Of a stretch of DNA of 64,000 nt, positions 9,501 through 18,073 are shown in pieces; position 1 is the first letter of the stretch; the number at the start of each line of letters is the position of its first letter. Under the pieces are notes generated by a model, which saw nothing but the letters and a program-made list of their open reading frames with translations, searched no databases and was not told the DNA's origin. Both the position numbers and the translations under genes were made by a program. The stretch comes from an uncultured Kiritimatiellota bacterium (lineage in GTDB: Bacteria; Verrucomicrobiota; Kiritimatiellia; RFP12; UBA1067), in contig CAKTUI010000006.1 in NCBI GenBank assembly GCA_934621385.1, positions 3,221 through 67,220 of the forward strand, read 5' to 3'.

Positions 9501-10780
9501 ATCCATCCACGCCGAAACCTTTCCGACGGGAGGACGCCAATAAGAAACTCGTCCGCGTCCATCTCGACACGGAGGCCGTCCCCGCTCCGTAGGAAGACCG
9601 AGACCGTTCGCCCGCGTTCCACGGACACGAGCAGTTCCGGCGAGGGCTGGCCGTCCCGTGCGGCGACGAGCGGAACGGAGTGCCCGCCGACCACGAGGTC
9701 ACCCGTCCCCGTCCCAGCCGCACGAACGCGGAGGATTGCGCACAATTCCGTCGGGCGCGGCAGTTCAAACGCGCCAGACGGCGATCCCGCGTAGAAGATG
9801 TGCTCAAGCACCGCGTTCGTCGAACCGGGGGCTGGGGCGAGCGGGTCGAGACCGCCCGCAAGAACCGCGTAGCCGTCGCAAAGGTCAGGGCGCAGGGAGT
9901 TCGGGTCGAGCGGGTCCGTCCCGCGCACGAGCAGCTCCTCGGAATCCGAAAGCCCATCGCAGTCGGTGTCAGCGCGGTGGGGGCACGTCCCGTAAACGAA
10001 CAACTCGTCAGCGGTCGGGAGTCCGTCCCCATCGGCATCCGAGTCATGCGCATCCGCCGCCGTGAGCGGATGGAACTCAAGCGAAGTGACATTCGCCGCG
10101 AGCACATTGGTCGTCCACATGCCGCCCCCGAGAAACGCACCGGCGAGGACATTGGAGACGACATCGGCACTCATGCGCGAAAGGTCGTAGCGGCAGGCGA
10201 TCCGCCCGTCGGGAAAGAACTCCGTCTGAAATGAGACGGGTGCGTCGACGCGGCGGCCGAGGAGCGCATTCCGCCATGTGACGACGAGCGAGTCCTGCGG
10301 CGTTGCCGCGTACCACACCTCACTCGGCGCGGCGGAGTCGCCGAGCTGGCCCCAGTTCGCCTCCGGCACGATGCCGAGGGACGAGGCGAGCGGCGCAACC
10401 CAGTCGCCCGCGAGTGTGGCTACCCTCCCCGAGGAAAACAGGCGGAGCCGACCGACATCGTTCGTGCCGACACGGAACGCCCGGTTCGTGAACGAGAGAT
10501 AGACCCAGTCCTCCGCCGCACCGAAGGCCCGCCAGTCGGCGACGGCGGTCGCATTGGACGGGGGCGCGAAGTCGAACCGCTCGCCCGTACCGACGCGGCG
10601 CATGACGAAGCCCCGCGCGAAGTCCTCGTCCGTCAGCATCCGCACCGCAACTGGGGCGGGCGCGGCGGAAGGACGCACGGCAGGACGCTTCGTCGAGCCG
10701 TGCAGAACGAGCGCAAGCGCAAGCGCCGCGACACCCGTGCGCCCCGCCATCGTCAGTGTTCTCTGGACTGCCCCACTCAT
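6575..10780 (-). CDS. Giant secreted protein (1401 aa) with acidic Ca-binding TSP3-like repeats and a C-terminal alpha/beta-hydrolase (lipase/esterase-like) domain
   Basis: Signal peptide. DSDADGDGLPTADE...DTDCDGLSDSEE repeats. C-terminal LVFLHGF...VVLMAHSLGN carries a GxSxG nucleophile elbow. Confidence 0.75.
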   Translation of the reverse strand: MSGAVQRTLTMAGRTGVAALALALVLHGSTKRPAVRPSAAPAPVAVRMLTDEDFARGFVMRRVGTGERFDFAPPSNATAVADWRAFGAAEDWVYLSFTNRAFRVGTNDVGRLRLFSSGRVATLAGDWVAPLASSLGIVPEANWGQLGDSAAPSEVWYAATPQDSLVVTWRNALLGRRVDAPVSFQTEFFPDGRIACRYDLSRMSADVVSNVLAGAFLGGGMWTTNVLAANVTSLEFHPLTAADAHDSDADGDGLPTADELFVYGTCPHRADTDCDGLSDSEELLVRGTDPLDPNSLRPDLCDGYAVLAGGLDPLAPAPGSTNAVLEHIFYAGSPSGAFELPRPTELCAILRVRAAGTGTGDLVVGGHSVPLVAARDGQPSPELLVSVERGRTVSVFLRSGDGLRVEMDADEFLIGVLPSERFRRGWIRFPGVVPPAPCIHDLATRRVRVALPAAGEDADLGCEWMAEGPGVSVSNIPPRAAVVTGFPADGEGHVRYRLSHPLRLAGGGWRDQSVRLCPRPSGDGDEASSPSVWRGEDEETERPPAPAPEAVRDDIVERCVEHDALRATCEPLHQAAYTNALAALPRDMGILPIRARSVYRTLKVDAPPRGADAACCPCPDHATNLVTAAFVSRRLRVEYPDGRPFAGSATSCAVRVCAVLPSAEHGDAVLAFATTGRVSAAHAWTTLGAWIAGGRGTPLDSYDSLSSSFGVPVVAGANVAEAPELLLETCVGLPSGWVRVALDGAEGGGFRVWWRDAVLGVWRVLLDAAERPAAEFAVEEWRSLLARAGRPSGSGLPVRVTASASGRAHLALRYWTETGGEVLEDGESRTLTAVDPPLRFDADLDGAIGLRDLGPSSVGGAFVFWTRGDTGGGRAVGGPAGLIDLFPAALDLGPLLSAWGESVSCRLDANGLPWDDMFEWTLVDVPRSRSGSIWTEDVRTSGGGILRDAALRGMPAGGTDIPRSELSALPEESRLLVLRVRGEDASLRIRVLDADGSVLLSYAPPMVVLRAHRLYDWTNVRRLLGGRESCPSSLGDLLPEPGEPTLVFLHGFSVSEDDARAWGDALFKRLRLAGSRARFHCVAWRGDQGGSANYQENVANAFASAGHLAAELKRIPGRVVLMAHSLGNVVASSMVQDHGLGVGAYLMLDAAVPAEAYDTSVALRVPQLVHPDWDGYPTNSWAASWHRLFMGIPGDGRSLLGWPGRFAAVAPLAVNFYSTGDEVLELSDDNDINILTGIWSGLSQYAWHKQEMFKGRGIFDGMGATTWSGWNIDENFLGINRISAKEAQRMSDADFRTNTVFVCTPKSILDPKIDRAGCDAHLAMGIPALTPAAGTVKFGDGNKKDDMINLNSESPDGIARPNGWPERGTYSRRWLHSDVKDVPYFYTYKLFEKIIEKGNLR

Positions 10781-10790
10781 GGATGGGCGT

Positions 10791-10799
10791 ATTATATCA
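10791..10799 (-). promoter_or_regulatory. Extended -10 (TGATATAAT on the minus strand), 10 nt before the ATG of the giant gene
   Basis: Read directly. The same motif recurs elsewhere in the window. Confidence 0.4.
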
Positions 10800-10888
10800 A
10801 AAACTGCCTACCCAGCGGCTTGCGCGGCAGCCTGGGAACCTCGACTCTTAGGAATCACGCCTTGTTGGATGACTGCTTATAAAAGAGA

Positions 10889-11848
10889 TTAGTGTCGTTT
10901 ATCGCCGATCATTGGCTTGACAAGAGAGTTAAATATGAAAAGGGCGATGCCAAGCGGAAGGAGGACGCCAGATATAACTCCCTTGCGTCGGTTTTTTATT
11001 CCGTCCATTGCCTCACTTAGCTTAGCACATGCCAACAACGAGAGAAGTGCGACGATAAGACGAGCTGGAACGGCTATGAGAATGTCGATTGCGCGTTTGT
11101 TTTGGAATGCTCCGCAAATCATCCAAATGGCCGAGAGAACACCCATTACTTTCAGAATCGTTGCAAGTACAATGTGTGAAGACTCATATTCAAGGCAATA
11201 GCCGAGAGGTACCAGTAAGACCCATGCGCAGGACGCAACGAAGTCACCCCACGATACATACACGACCATGGTCCCAGCCATAACTCGTGCATAAGTAACG
11301 CCATAAAGGCATACAGCTCCGATAAGGAGAATGACGAGAATGGTTATTGCAGCAGTCGGACTGCCACTTTCATTTTCAGGCTTTACCCGTGAATTATCGC
11401 TGATAGGAACGACCACTGGCGAGTCGCCTGTTGTCGCGGCATCTGGTTTTGTCTGTGATGCGCGATCGTTGCAGGTTGGGGTGGGCGTGACATTTGCTGG
11501 CGATGGCTCTTGTGGAGTGATGGTATTGGTAGACTCTTGTTCGCGAATATATTCTGCGGCATTTTTAACGGCACCCTTCACAACTGTTTCGGTCGCCGAC
11601 AGGAAGCCAATGAGGGCATTATTTACCTTGTCCTGGACCTTTTGTTCGGCTTGTTCAATCACTTCTATATCCGACATCTCGCTGATGGGTTTGGCGGGAT
11701 CTCGGCTTCTTCTCTCCTCTTCAGCGATGGTTTTCCATACCTCTGAAAGAGTATTTTCCTGTTCAAATGTCTCCGCAATGCCAGAAAAGCAATGCAAAAA
11801 GATGGTGCTTGCAAGGCTCATTTTCAGAATCGATTTGCCATTTATCAT
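10889..11848 (-). CDS. Hypothetical polytopic membrane protein (lower-GC islet)
   Basis: ORF 10889..11917. A probable start at MINGKS is followed by a signal-like stretch, and the C-terminal half holds several TM helices. Confidence 0.5.
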   Translation of the reverse strand: MINGKSILKMSLASTIFLHCFSGIAETFEQENTLSEVWKTIAEEERRSRDPAKPISEMSDIEVIEQAEQKVQDKVNNALIGFLSATETVVKGAVKNAAEYIREQESTNTITPQEPSPANVTPTPTCNDRASQTKPDAATTGDSPVVVPISDNSRVKPENESGSPTAAITILVILLIGAVCLYGVTYARVMAGTMVVYVSWGDFVASCAWVLLVPLGYCLEYESSHIVLATILKVMGVLSAIWMICGAFQNKRAIDILIAVPARLIVALLSLLACAKLSEAMDGIKNRRKGVISGVLLPLGIALFIFNSLVKPMIGDKRH

Positions 11849-11925
11849 GTGAACACCCTTCCTTCGGTGGATATAAAATTGGAAAAGAGGGTGGCACGGC
11901 GATTGGTGCCGTGCCACCTTACGGA

Positions 11926-12441
11926 TTAGGCATTCGCCTCTTCGTATTCAGTCTTTGCCTGCTGGAGTTGCGTGATGAACGAACGCACTTTTGGAGCCAG
12001 ATAAGGCTTGAACACCACATCGAACTTGCCACCCATGATATTCAGCTGAAGCGCGATCTGATCACGTATTTTGAACCAGGCAAAGGCGCCCCCGCCGATA
12101 GCCAATAAAGTGATAAAGATAGGTCCCGTAGCTGAGATAAAGTTTGACAGCAGCGCGTAGAAGAACCAAGTTCCAATGGCGACGACCGTACAAACGACAA
12201 CAGCGATGATGCGTACAATCTTCATGGGTATGTCAATCACGGAATACCCGCCGACCGCGCTCAGAAGAACGTCGACCTGTTCCAGTTGTTTGAGCGTCAT
12301 ATTACCCTGTCGGATGACGCGTAGCACTTGTCCACGCAAATGCTTATTGGTCAGTGTCAAACTACCGCTTCCCTCCATATCAAGGGTTGCGATGGTTGTT
12401 TCTGGCATCTTCTTGTTGTCACTCATTTTTGTACCTTTCAT
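11926..12441 (-). CDS. Hypothetical membrane protein with a bacterial PH-like N-terminal domain
   Basis: ORF 11926..12579. Internal start MKGTKMSDNKK. Two TM helices after a roughly 70-aa soluble domain. Confidence 0.45.
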   Translation of the reverse strand: MKGTKMSDNKKMPETTIATLDMEGSGSLTLTNKHLRGQVLRVIRQGNMTLKQLEQVDVLLSAVGGYSVIDIPMKIVRIIAVVVCTVVAIGTWFFYALLSNFISATGPIFITLLAIGGGAFAWFKIRDQIALQLNIMGGKFDVVFKPYLAPKVRSFITQLQQAKTEYEEANA

Positions 12442-12843
12442 TTCCCCCTCAGATTGTTTCGCTCCGGGAAATGGAGAGGGCACACTTCCCGTCACGGTTT
12501 TAAGTGAGGCCCTGAGAAGCCCTGAAGAAACCGCGAAAGGAAATGCGCCCCCATAGGACGCACCCCCGAATCGTGACATCTTCAGTAGAATTTCTCAGGT
12601 TTCACTTATGTCATCGATGCGTTGGACGCAGCGGCAGACGGATTTCTCCCCGTCTGACGGCGCAAAGTATTCCATATTTTCACAACTCTGTGCGAAAATC
12701 CGCAACTCCACGCCGCGCCGCTACGCTTCCTTTCGCGGCAGAGTCGCTCTCCGACCCCGCCTCATAACCAACTCGTCCGCCCCCGCGATTTCTTACGCGA
12801 GAAATTGGGCGTTTGGATGTTTGGCTCACCCGCCCTCAGAAAA

Positions 12844-12852
12844 TGGTATAAT
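12844..12852 (+). promoter_or_regulatory. Extended -10 TGGTATAAT, 7 nt before the ATG of the ECF sigma gene (leaderless arrangement)
   Basis: Read directly. Confidence 0.5.
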
Positions 12853-12859
12853 TCCTCCC

Positions 12860-13600
12860 ATGCTTCAGACGACAGAAACCTTGATTGCGGGACTTGCCGC
12901 GAACGACGAGACGCGCTGGGCGCGTTTCTACCGCGACTACGCCCCGTGGATCGAAAGCACGTTGCTCAAGCACACGCCGCTTTCGCCTTCGGACGTCGAG
13001 GACGTCATCCACGAGACGCTGATTGCGCTCATCGCCCTTATGCCCACCTATCGCCATGACCGTGCGGGAAAGGGCGCGTTCCACTCGCTCGTTCTCCGAA
13101 TTGCCCAAAACAAGGCCTACGACCTTCTGCGCCGCGAGACACGCGCACAGAACCACTGGGTCACATTCGTCGCCGATCCCACCGTCGGGTCGACGGACGC
13201 CGCCGAGCCGCACATCACGCTCGAACTGTCCGACACGGCCTGGCGGCGAGAACTCTGCGCCATGGCCCTCCGTCGAGTTCTCGCCGATCCGACCATCCGA
13301 TCGTCATCCAAGATCGCCTTCCGCCGCTACGCCATTCTGGGCGAGCCGGCCGCACGCGTCGCCGCCGACCTCGGAATCTCCGTGAACGCACTCTACCAAA
13401 TCAAGAACCGTCTGATGGAACGCCTCACCGCCGAAGTGCGTACGCTCGAAGCCGAGGACGAAGCTGCGCCGCAATGCACACCGCCGACATCCAGCACTAT
13501 CTCGCCACGCCTGCCGCCGCTGATGTTTCGGCCGACCTCGCTGCGTCAATTCTCCGCCCCGGCGACCATATCGGCGGGCTCGTCGCGATTGCTCAGATAG
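12860..13600 (+). CDS. RNA polymerase sigma-70 factor, ECF subfamily, with a C-terminal low-complexity extension
   Basis: Sigma-2 motif (YRDYAPWIESTL...DVIHETLIALI). Sigma-4 HTH (RRYAILGEPAARVAADLGISVNALYQIKNRLMERL). Confidence 0.8.
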   Translation: MLQTTETLIAGLAANDETRWARFYRDYAPWIESTLLKHTPLSPSDVEDVIHETLIALIALMPTYRHDRAGKGAFHSLVLRIAQNKAYDLLRRETRAQNHWVTFVADPTVGSTDAAEPHITLELSDTAWRRELCAMALRRVLADPTIRSSSKIAFRRYAILGEPAARVAADLGISVNALYQIKNRLMERLTAEVRTLEAEDEAAPQCTPPTSSTISPRLPPLMFRPTSLRQFSAPATISAGSSRLLR

Positions 13601-14853
13601 GGCGCGGCGCAACCGGCGATGTCTGGCGCGTCCATGACGAGGCATCGGGACAAGATCTCGCACTCAAGATATTCCGCCCGCACGGCGGAGTTCCACCCGA
13701 ACGGACGCGCGAACGCTTTTGCGCCGAGGCCCGTCTACTGAGTGCCCTTCGCCATCCCAACCTCATGCGCGTGTTCGCATCCGGCTCGTTTCGCGGTGCT
13801 CCCTACTTCACGATGGAACTGCTGCGACCGCTGCCCGAAAGAATGTCCGCCCGCGCCATTGCCGCTCTGGGACGAGACCTCTGCCGCGCACTCGCCTTTC
13901 TCCACGCGCACGGCATCGTCCATCGCGACCTCAAGCCGGACAATGTGCTGGTCGCGCCAGACGGACGCTACGTCCTCGCCGACCTTGGCATTGCTCATCT
14001 CTCGGACGATGCGCTCGCCGGATTCGTCCTCGGGCTCGGACGCGGCAACCCGACGCTCATGGGCGGAACCGATCATGCGCTCGGCACGCCCGGCTTCGCC
14101 GCGCCGGAGCAGATGCAGGGGAAAGCCGTATCGCCCGCCGCCGACATCCACGCCCTCGGCGTGCTTTTCGACGATCTCTTCGACGGACATCCTCCCTTTG
14201 CCTGGCGCATCCTCATTCGGCAAATGACCAGCTCGCTACCAGCGCTACGAAGTCGCTCGCTTGCCGCCGTCCGACGTGCACTCCTCCTGCTCGGAGTCCT
14301 TTCGCCGACCCGGGCTTGGGCAGTCTTCGCCCTGTCTCTCGCCCTTATCGCCGGGGTCATCTTCTACTGCCGTCCGAAATGGGAGGACTTGACACCGGAG
14401 GACCGCGAAGCCGACACAATCAAGATGGACGGAATGGAGCGCGAACTTTACGGGACACGGATTTTCTTGCGGCCTGGCGGACGCTATACATACACGGAAG
14501 ATCTCATTTGGTTTCCAGATTGGTGCTACGACAGAAAGACCGATACGGTGCGGTATGTGCGCAGACCTCTTGTTGTCTCCGGCCCGGGCACATTGAAACT
14601 GTCGCAGATTGTGGGATACGATGTCTATCTTGTCTCCAACGCGACATTGGTCACGTCAGGAATTGTATCGACGAACACATATTCGATGCGCACGATGCTG
14701 ATAAGCGAATACCCGGCAGGGGAAAGTCCGAAGGATGCCAATGGCCATTCCCTGCTGCTTCCCGCCTACCATGTCGAGTCCGGTTCACGCGTTGTCTTCA
14801 CCGACAACCCCGACTATCCCCAAGATCTCATTCAACCGTATCCCGGCAAATAG
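13474..14853 (+). CDS. Ser/Thr protein kinase with a TM segment and a C-terminal extracytoplasmic domain
   Basis: IGRGATGDVWRV Gly-loop. HRDLKPDNVL catalytic loop. GTPGFAAPE. A TM helix (VFALSLALIAGVIFY). Its 5' 127 nt overlap the sigma ORF in another frame. Confidence 0.8.
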   Translation: MHTADIQHYLATPAAADVSADLAASILRPGDHIGGLVAIAQIGRGATGDVWRVHDEASGQDLALKIFRPHGGVPPERTRERFCAEARLLSALRHPNLMRVFASGSFRGAPYFTMELLRPLPERMSARAIAALGRDLCRALAFLHAHGIVHRDLKPDNVLVAPDGRYVLADLGIAHLSDDALAGFVLGLGRGNPTLMGGTDHALGTPGFAAPEQMQGKAVSPAADIHALGVLFDDLFDGHPPFAWRILIRQMTSSLPALRSRSLAAVRRALLLLGVLSPTRAWAVFALSLALIAGVIFYCRPKWEDLTPEDREADTIKMDGMERELYGTRIFLRPGGRYTYTEDLIWFPDWCYDRKTDTVRYVRRPLVVSGPGTLKLSQIVGYDVYLVSNATLVTSGIVSTNTYSMRTMLISEYPAGESPKDANGHSLLLPAYHVESGSRVVFTDNPDYPQDLIQPYPGK

Positions 14854-14949
14854 TATGCTTCGGCGGCTCTGTGAGCGGTCGCGTCGTTCAGCCGGCCCAA
14901 AGGCAAGTATGTATTCCGTAGCTGTTCCCCTTGCGGCAGATTCCCGATG

Positions 14950-15175
14950 CCTGTCGGACGGAATTCTGATGCCCATCAGAAAAGTTTCTGATGCCCGTCG
15001 GAAAAAATTCTGATAGGCATCAGACGGCCCTATGCCCCGCATCGGGACGGAACCTGACCGAGGTAACGCTTTTGCGCCGTGCCCATCAGACGAAGACTTA
15101 CTCCTGAGTAAATCAAAACTTACTGCCGAGTAAGTCTAAAGTTACTCGGCAGTAAGTTTCCTTCCGATGGGCATC
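14950..15175. repeat. Cluster of short dispersed or inverted repeats and hairpins (TTCTGATGCCCATCAG family; 14-bp stem TTACTGCCGAGTAA / TTACTCGGCAGTAA) between convergent genes
   Basis: Read directly. At least four copies of the GATGCCC/GGGCATC motif in both orientations. A perfect hairpin at 15120-15155. Confidence 0.55.
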
Positions 15176-15339
15176 AGCCTGCCGGGAGATGCCGAGGCCC
15201 CGCCGCCGGGATGCGCAAGAATGCCCCTTCCGCTCACCTTCTCGCGCAAAATCGTTGCAAATCAGACGAAAAGATGACGCTTTTATGAGAAATCGCAAGA
15301 CGGCAAGGAAAATCCGAGAAGTGCGTACGCCGCAGCCCG

Positions 15340-17169
15340 TTAAGTGAGCGACGGCGGCGGAATATCCGCTGGCATCCGCCAGTCCGCCCGCGGCGAAAGT
15401 GAAAGCGTAATCTTTGGTCCGTCCGGCACACAGTTGCGCTTGTACTGCGCGGCGAAGAAGCGCCGAATGAACGTGTCTCGCGTCCGCCTGATGATATCGT
15501 CCGAATAAACGCCCCGGAAGGCAACCTCCGCAAGGTCGAGCAGTTTTGCCGACGAGGCCCCTTCGGCGAGAAAGTGGTAAAGGAAAAAGTCATGGAGCGG
15601 ATACGGTCCAAGGCGCGATTCCGAATCGTTGGCCACCGCACCCGGCACCAGTTCAGGTGTAATCGGTGCGGAGGCAATGCCACGAAGAAGGGACTTCAGC
15701 GGTTCCGCCGCGCTATCTGCGAGTCCGCGCAAGGCCCCGAGCACCATCGTCTTCGGAATGGACGCGTTAATCTGGTACATGCTCATGTGATCGCCATTGT
15801 AGGTATTCCACCCGAGGGCGATTTCCGAAAGGTCGCCCGTGCCGACGACGAGCGCACCCTCCATATTGGCGACATCCATAAGCACTTGTGTCCGCTCCCG
15901 TGCCTGCACATTCTCATAGGCAATGTCGTGCACCGATTCCGCATGTCCAATGTCCGACAAGTGGCGGCGGCACGACTCCCTAATGTCGATGACCCGAACG
16001 GTGGCTCCGACCGCCTCGGAAAGCCGCACGGCAGCCGTCTGCGTCCGCTCGGTCGAGCCAAAGCCCGGCATGACAACGGCCACCAAGTTCGTCGGCGGCA
16101 GTTCCGCACGGCGCAAGGCTTCTGCCGCGCCCATCAGGGCGAGTGCCGAATCCGCTCCTCCCGAGACACCGATGACAAGTTTCTGCGCATGGGCACTCTG
16201 CAACCGCCGCGCCAGAGCCACGGACTGGATTTCAAGAATGGCCTTCGGCCACTGAGCCTCCCCATAGGCATCCTCAAACGGCGTCCGCGAAACCGCCTCG
16301 GGCTGCGCCGTCGGCACTGGCACCTCGAATGGAACAATCACCGGCAGGCGAGCCGTGCAACGGACCTCGCCATCCGATGAGTCCCCCAACCGACGATAGC
16401 GAAGTGCAGCGAGATCGACCACGGCTTCGGCGCGGGCCGCGCCCCCATGAAAGCGCGGCAGTTGCGAGACGATTCGCCCGTCGACGGCAATCAGCGAGGC
16501 CCCGCCGAAAACCGCATCTGAACAGGATTCACCCGTTCCCGCACACGCCATTGCATACACGCACCCAAGGCGGGCACTCTGATGACTCGCCATCTCACGC
16601 CGCCGCAACGCCTTGCCGAGGAAATCCGTACTCGCCGAAAGGTTGAAGACGACATCCACACCGGCCGTCGCCATCACCGAACTGGGTGGCACCGGCGACC
16701 ACGCGTCTTCGCAAATCTCAACACCGAACCGAAACGCGCCAATGTCAAAAACCTGGACGGACTCATCAAGCGGTGCGGGGGCGAACTGCCGCTTCTCATA
16801 ATACTCCGCATAATTCGGCAGGATGTGCTTGCGCACGAGCCCCCTCACGCATCCGCCGCTGACGACGGCGGCGGCATTGTGGAGGACGCCGCCCTCACGC
16901 ACGGGGAGTCCGACGATGCAGATAATTGGCAGGTCGGCGGTCTCCTTCGCAATCCGCTCCAACCCGCCCTTCGCGCCGTCCAACAGTTCATCCCGATAGA
17001 ACAGGTCGCCGCATGTATAACCCGTGAGCGCGAGTTCAGGGAAGGCAATCGCCGCGACGCCATCCCGTGCCGCCGCACGCGTCATTGCGACAATTTCCTC
17101 CGCATTGCGGAACGGATTCCCCAAGGCAAGTCTCGGCGTTGCCGCTGCAATCTTAAAGAAGTCCTTCAT
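15340..17169 (-). CDS. nadE: Glutamine-dependent NAD+ synthetase
   Basis: N-terminal CN-hydrolase domain. C-terminal NAD synthase domain (LVIGVSGGADSAL PP-loop motif). Confidence 0.9.
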   Translation of the reverse strand: MKDFFKIAAATPRLALGNPFRNAEEIVAMTRAAARDGVAAIAFPELALTGYTCGDLFYRDELLDGAKGGLERIAKETADLPIICIVGLPVREGGVLHNAAAVVSGGCVRGLVRKHILPNYAEYYEKRQFAPAPLDESVQVFDIGAFRFGVEICEDAWSPVPPSSVMATAGVDVVFNLSASTDFLGKALRRREMASHQSARLGCVYAMACAGTGESCSDAVFGGASLIAVDGRIVSQLPRFHGGAARAEAVVDLAALRYRRLGDSSDGEVRCTARLPVIVPFEVPVPTAQPEAVSRTPFEDAYGEAQWPKAILEIQSVALARRLQSAHAQKLVIGVSGGADSALALMGAAEALRRAELPPTNLVAVVMPGFGSTERTQTAAVRLSEAVGATVRVIDIRESCRRHLSDIGHAESVHDIAYENVQARERTQVLMDVANMEGALVVGTGDLSEIALGWNTYNGDHMSMYQINASIPKTMVLGALRGLADSAAEPLKSLLRGIASAPITPELVPGAVANDSESRLGPYPLHDFFLYHFLAEGASSAKLLDLAEVAFRGVYSDDIIRRTRDTFIRRFFAAQYKRNCVPDGPKITLSLSPRADWRMPADIPPPSLT

Positions 17170-17170
17170 T

Positions 17171-18073
17171 TCACAAGCCCTCGTCGACAAAGCCCTTGAA
17201 ATCATCCGACAGTCTGACGACACCCGCCGACGCAGAAAAGCCCGCACCGAAGCCCGCAATCAGCACCCGTCGACCGGGGCATCCCTTCGCCGCCAATGCC
17301 AGCGCGACGGAACAGGAACCCGGGTTCGCGTACGCGGCACCGCAGGTCAGTAGCCGATCCTCCCATTTCAGCGCACGGGATAACTGGCGCACCATGTAAA
17401 GATTGGCCTGATGAGGCACGAAGTCCTCAAACGGAGTCTCGGCGAATGGCCGTAGGAACTTCACCACATCCGTCGCCACGAAGGCAAACACCTTGAAGCC
17501 ATCCATTCGAATCGGTCCCGCTGCCGGGCATGTCAGCGCATCCGATGCGCGGGAGAGGAAGTCGAACCGACTGTTCACCCCGTGTCCAGAAGAGACAAGC
17601 GTCGCTGTCGCGGCATCCGAAAAGAGTTCCCCCGTGCCACGCGCCGACTCGCCCGACAAGTGCGACTGAACATCGCCATCCACGACAAGGATTTTTCGAC
17701 CCGTATCCGCCGCGATCCGCCCGGCCAAGTAGACGGCGTAAGGATAGGCACTGCAGGCCATCTGCACATCAAACGCAACGACATTCGGCCCAAGGCCCAA
17801 AGCAGACGCCAGCCGCACGGCGAGCGAGGGAAAGCGTTCCTCTGCGGAGAATGTCGCAACAATGACACCGCCCCAAGGATCCCCATCCGCCTCCCGAAGG
17901 GGCCGCGCCGCACGGAGCATCAAGTCAAAGAGCGACTCGCCGGCGACGACGCGCCGAGACGGGAAGCCCGTCGCCTCAATGACTTCCGGGCCGACGGTCG
18001 CCGCATTGTCAACGACCGTTCCACCGACCGCCGCAGATACGCCTTCCAGCACGACCTCGGGACACTCAATCAT
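17171..18073 (-). CDS. 3-oxoacyl-ACP synthase III (KAS III / FabH)-like
   Basis: ACSAY Cys, VPHQAN His and ANPGSCS Asn catalytic triad context; AGFGAGFS motif. Confidence 0.7.
   Translation of the reverse strand: MIECPEVVLEGVSAAVGGTVVDNAATVGPEVIEATGFPSRRVVAGESLFDLMLRAARPLREADGDPWGGVIVATFSAEERFPSLAVRLASALGLGPNVVAFDVQMACSAYPYAVYLAGRIAADTGRKILVVDGDVQSHLSGESARGTGELFSDAATATLVSSGHGVNSRFDFLSRASDALTCPAAGPIRMDGFKVFAFVATDVVKFLRPFAETPFEDFVPHQANLYMVRQLSRALKWEDRLLTCGAAYANPGSCSVALALAAKGCPGRRVLIAGFGAGFSASAGVVRLSDDFKGFVDEGL

Noticed and set aside
6675-10502. Numerous 60-285-aa ORFs on both strands inside 6575..10780
   Set aside because: All are nested in or antisense to the 1401-aa gene and show a high-GC shadow-ORF composition (R/P/G/A-rich).
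12608-12859. N-terminal extension of the sigma ORF (start at 12608)
   Set aside because: The upstream 84 codons are low-complexity. A strong TGGTATAAT -10 sits 7 nt before the internal ATG at 12860, where the sigma-2 homology begins.
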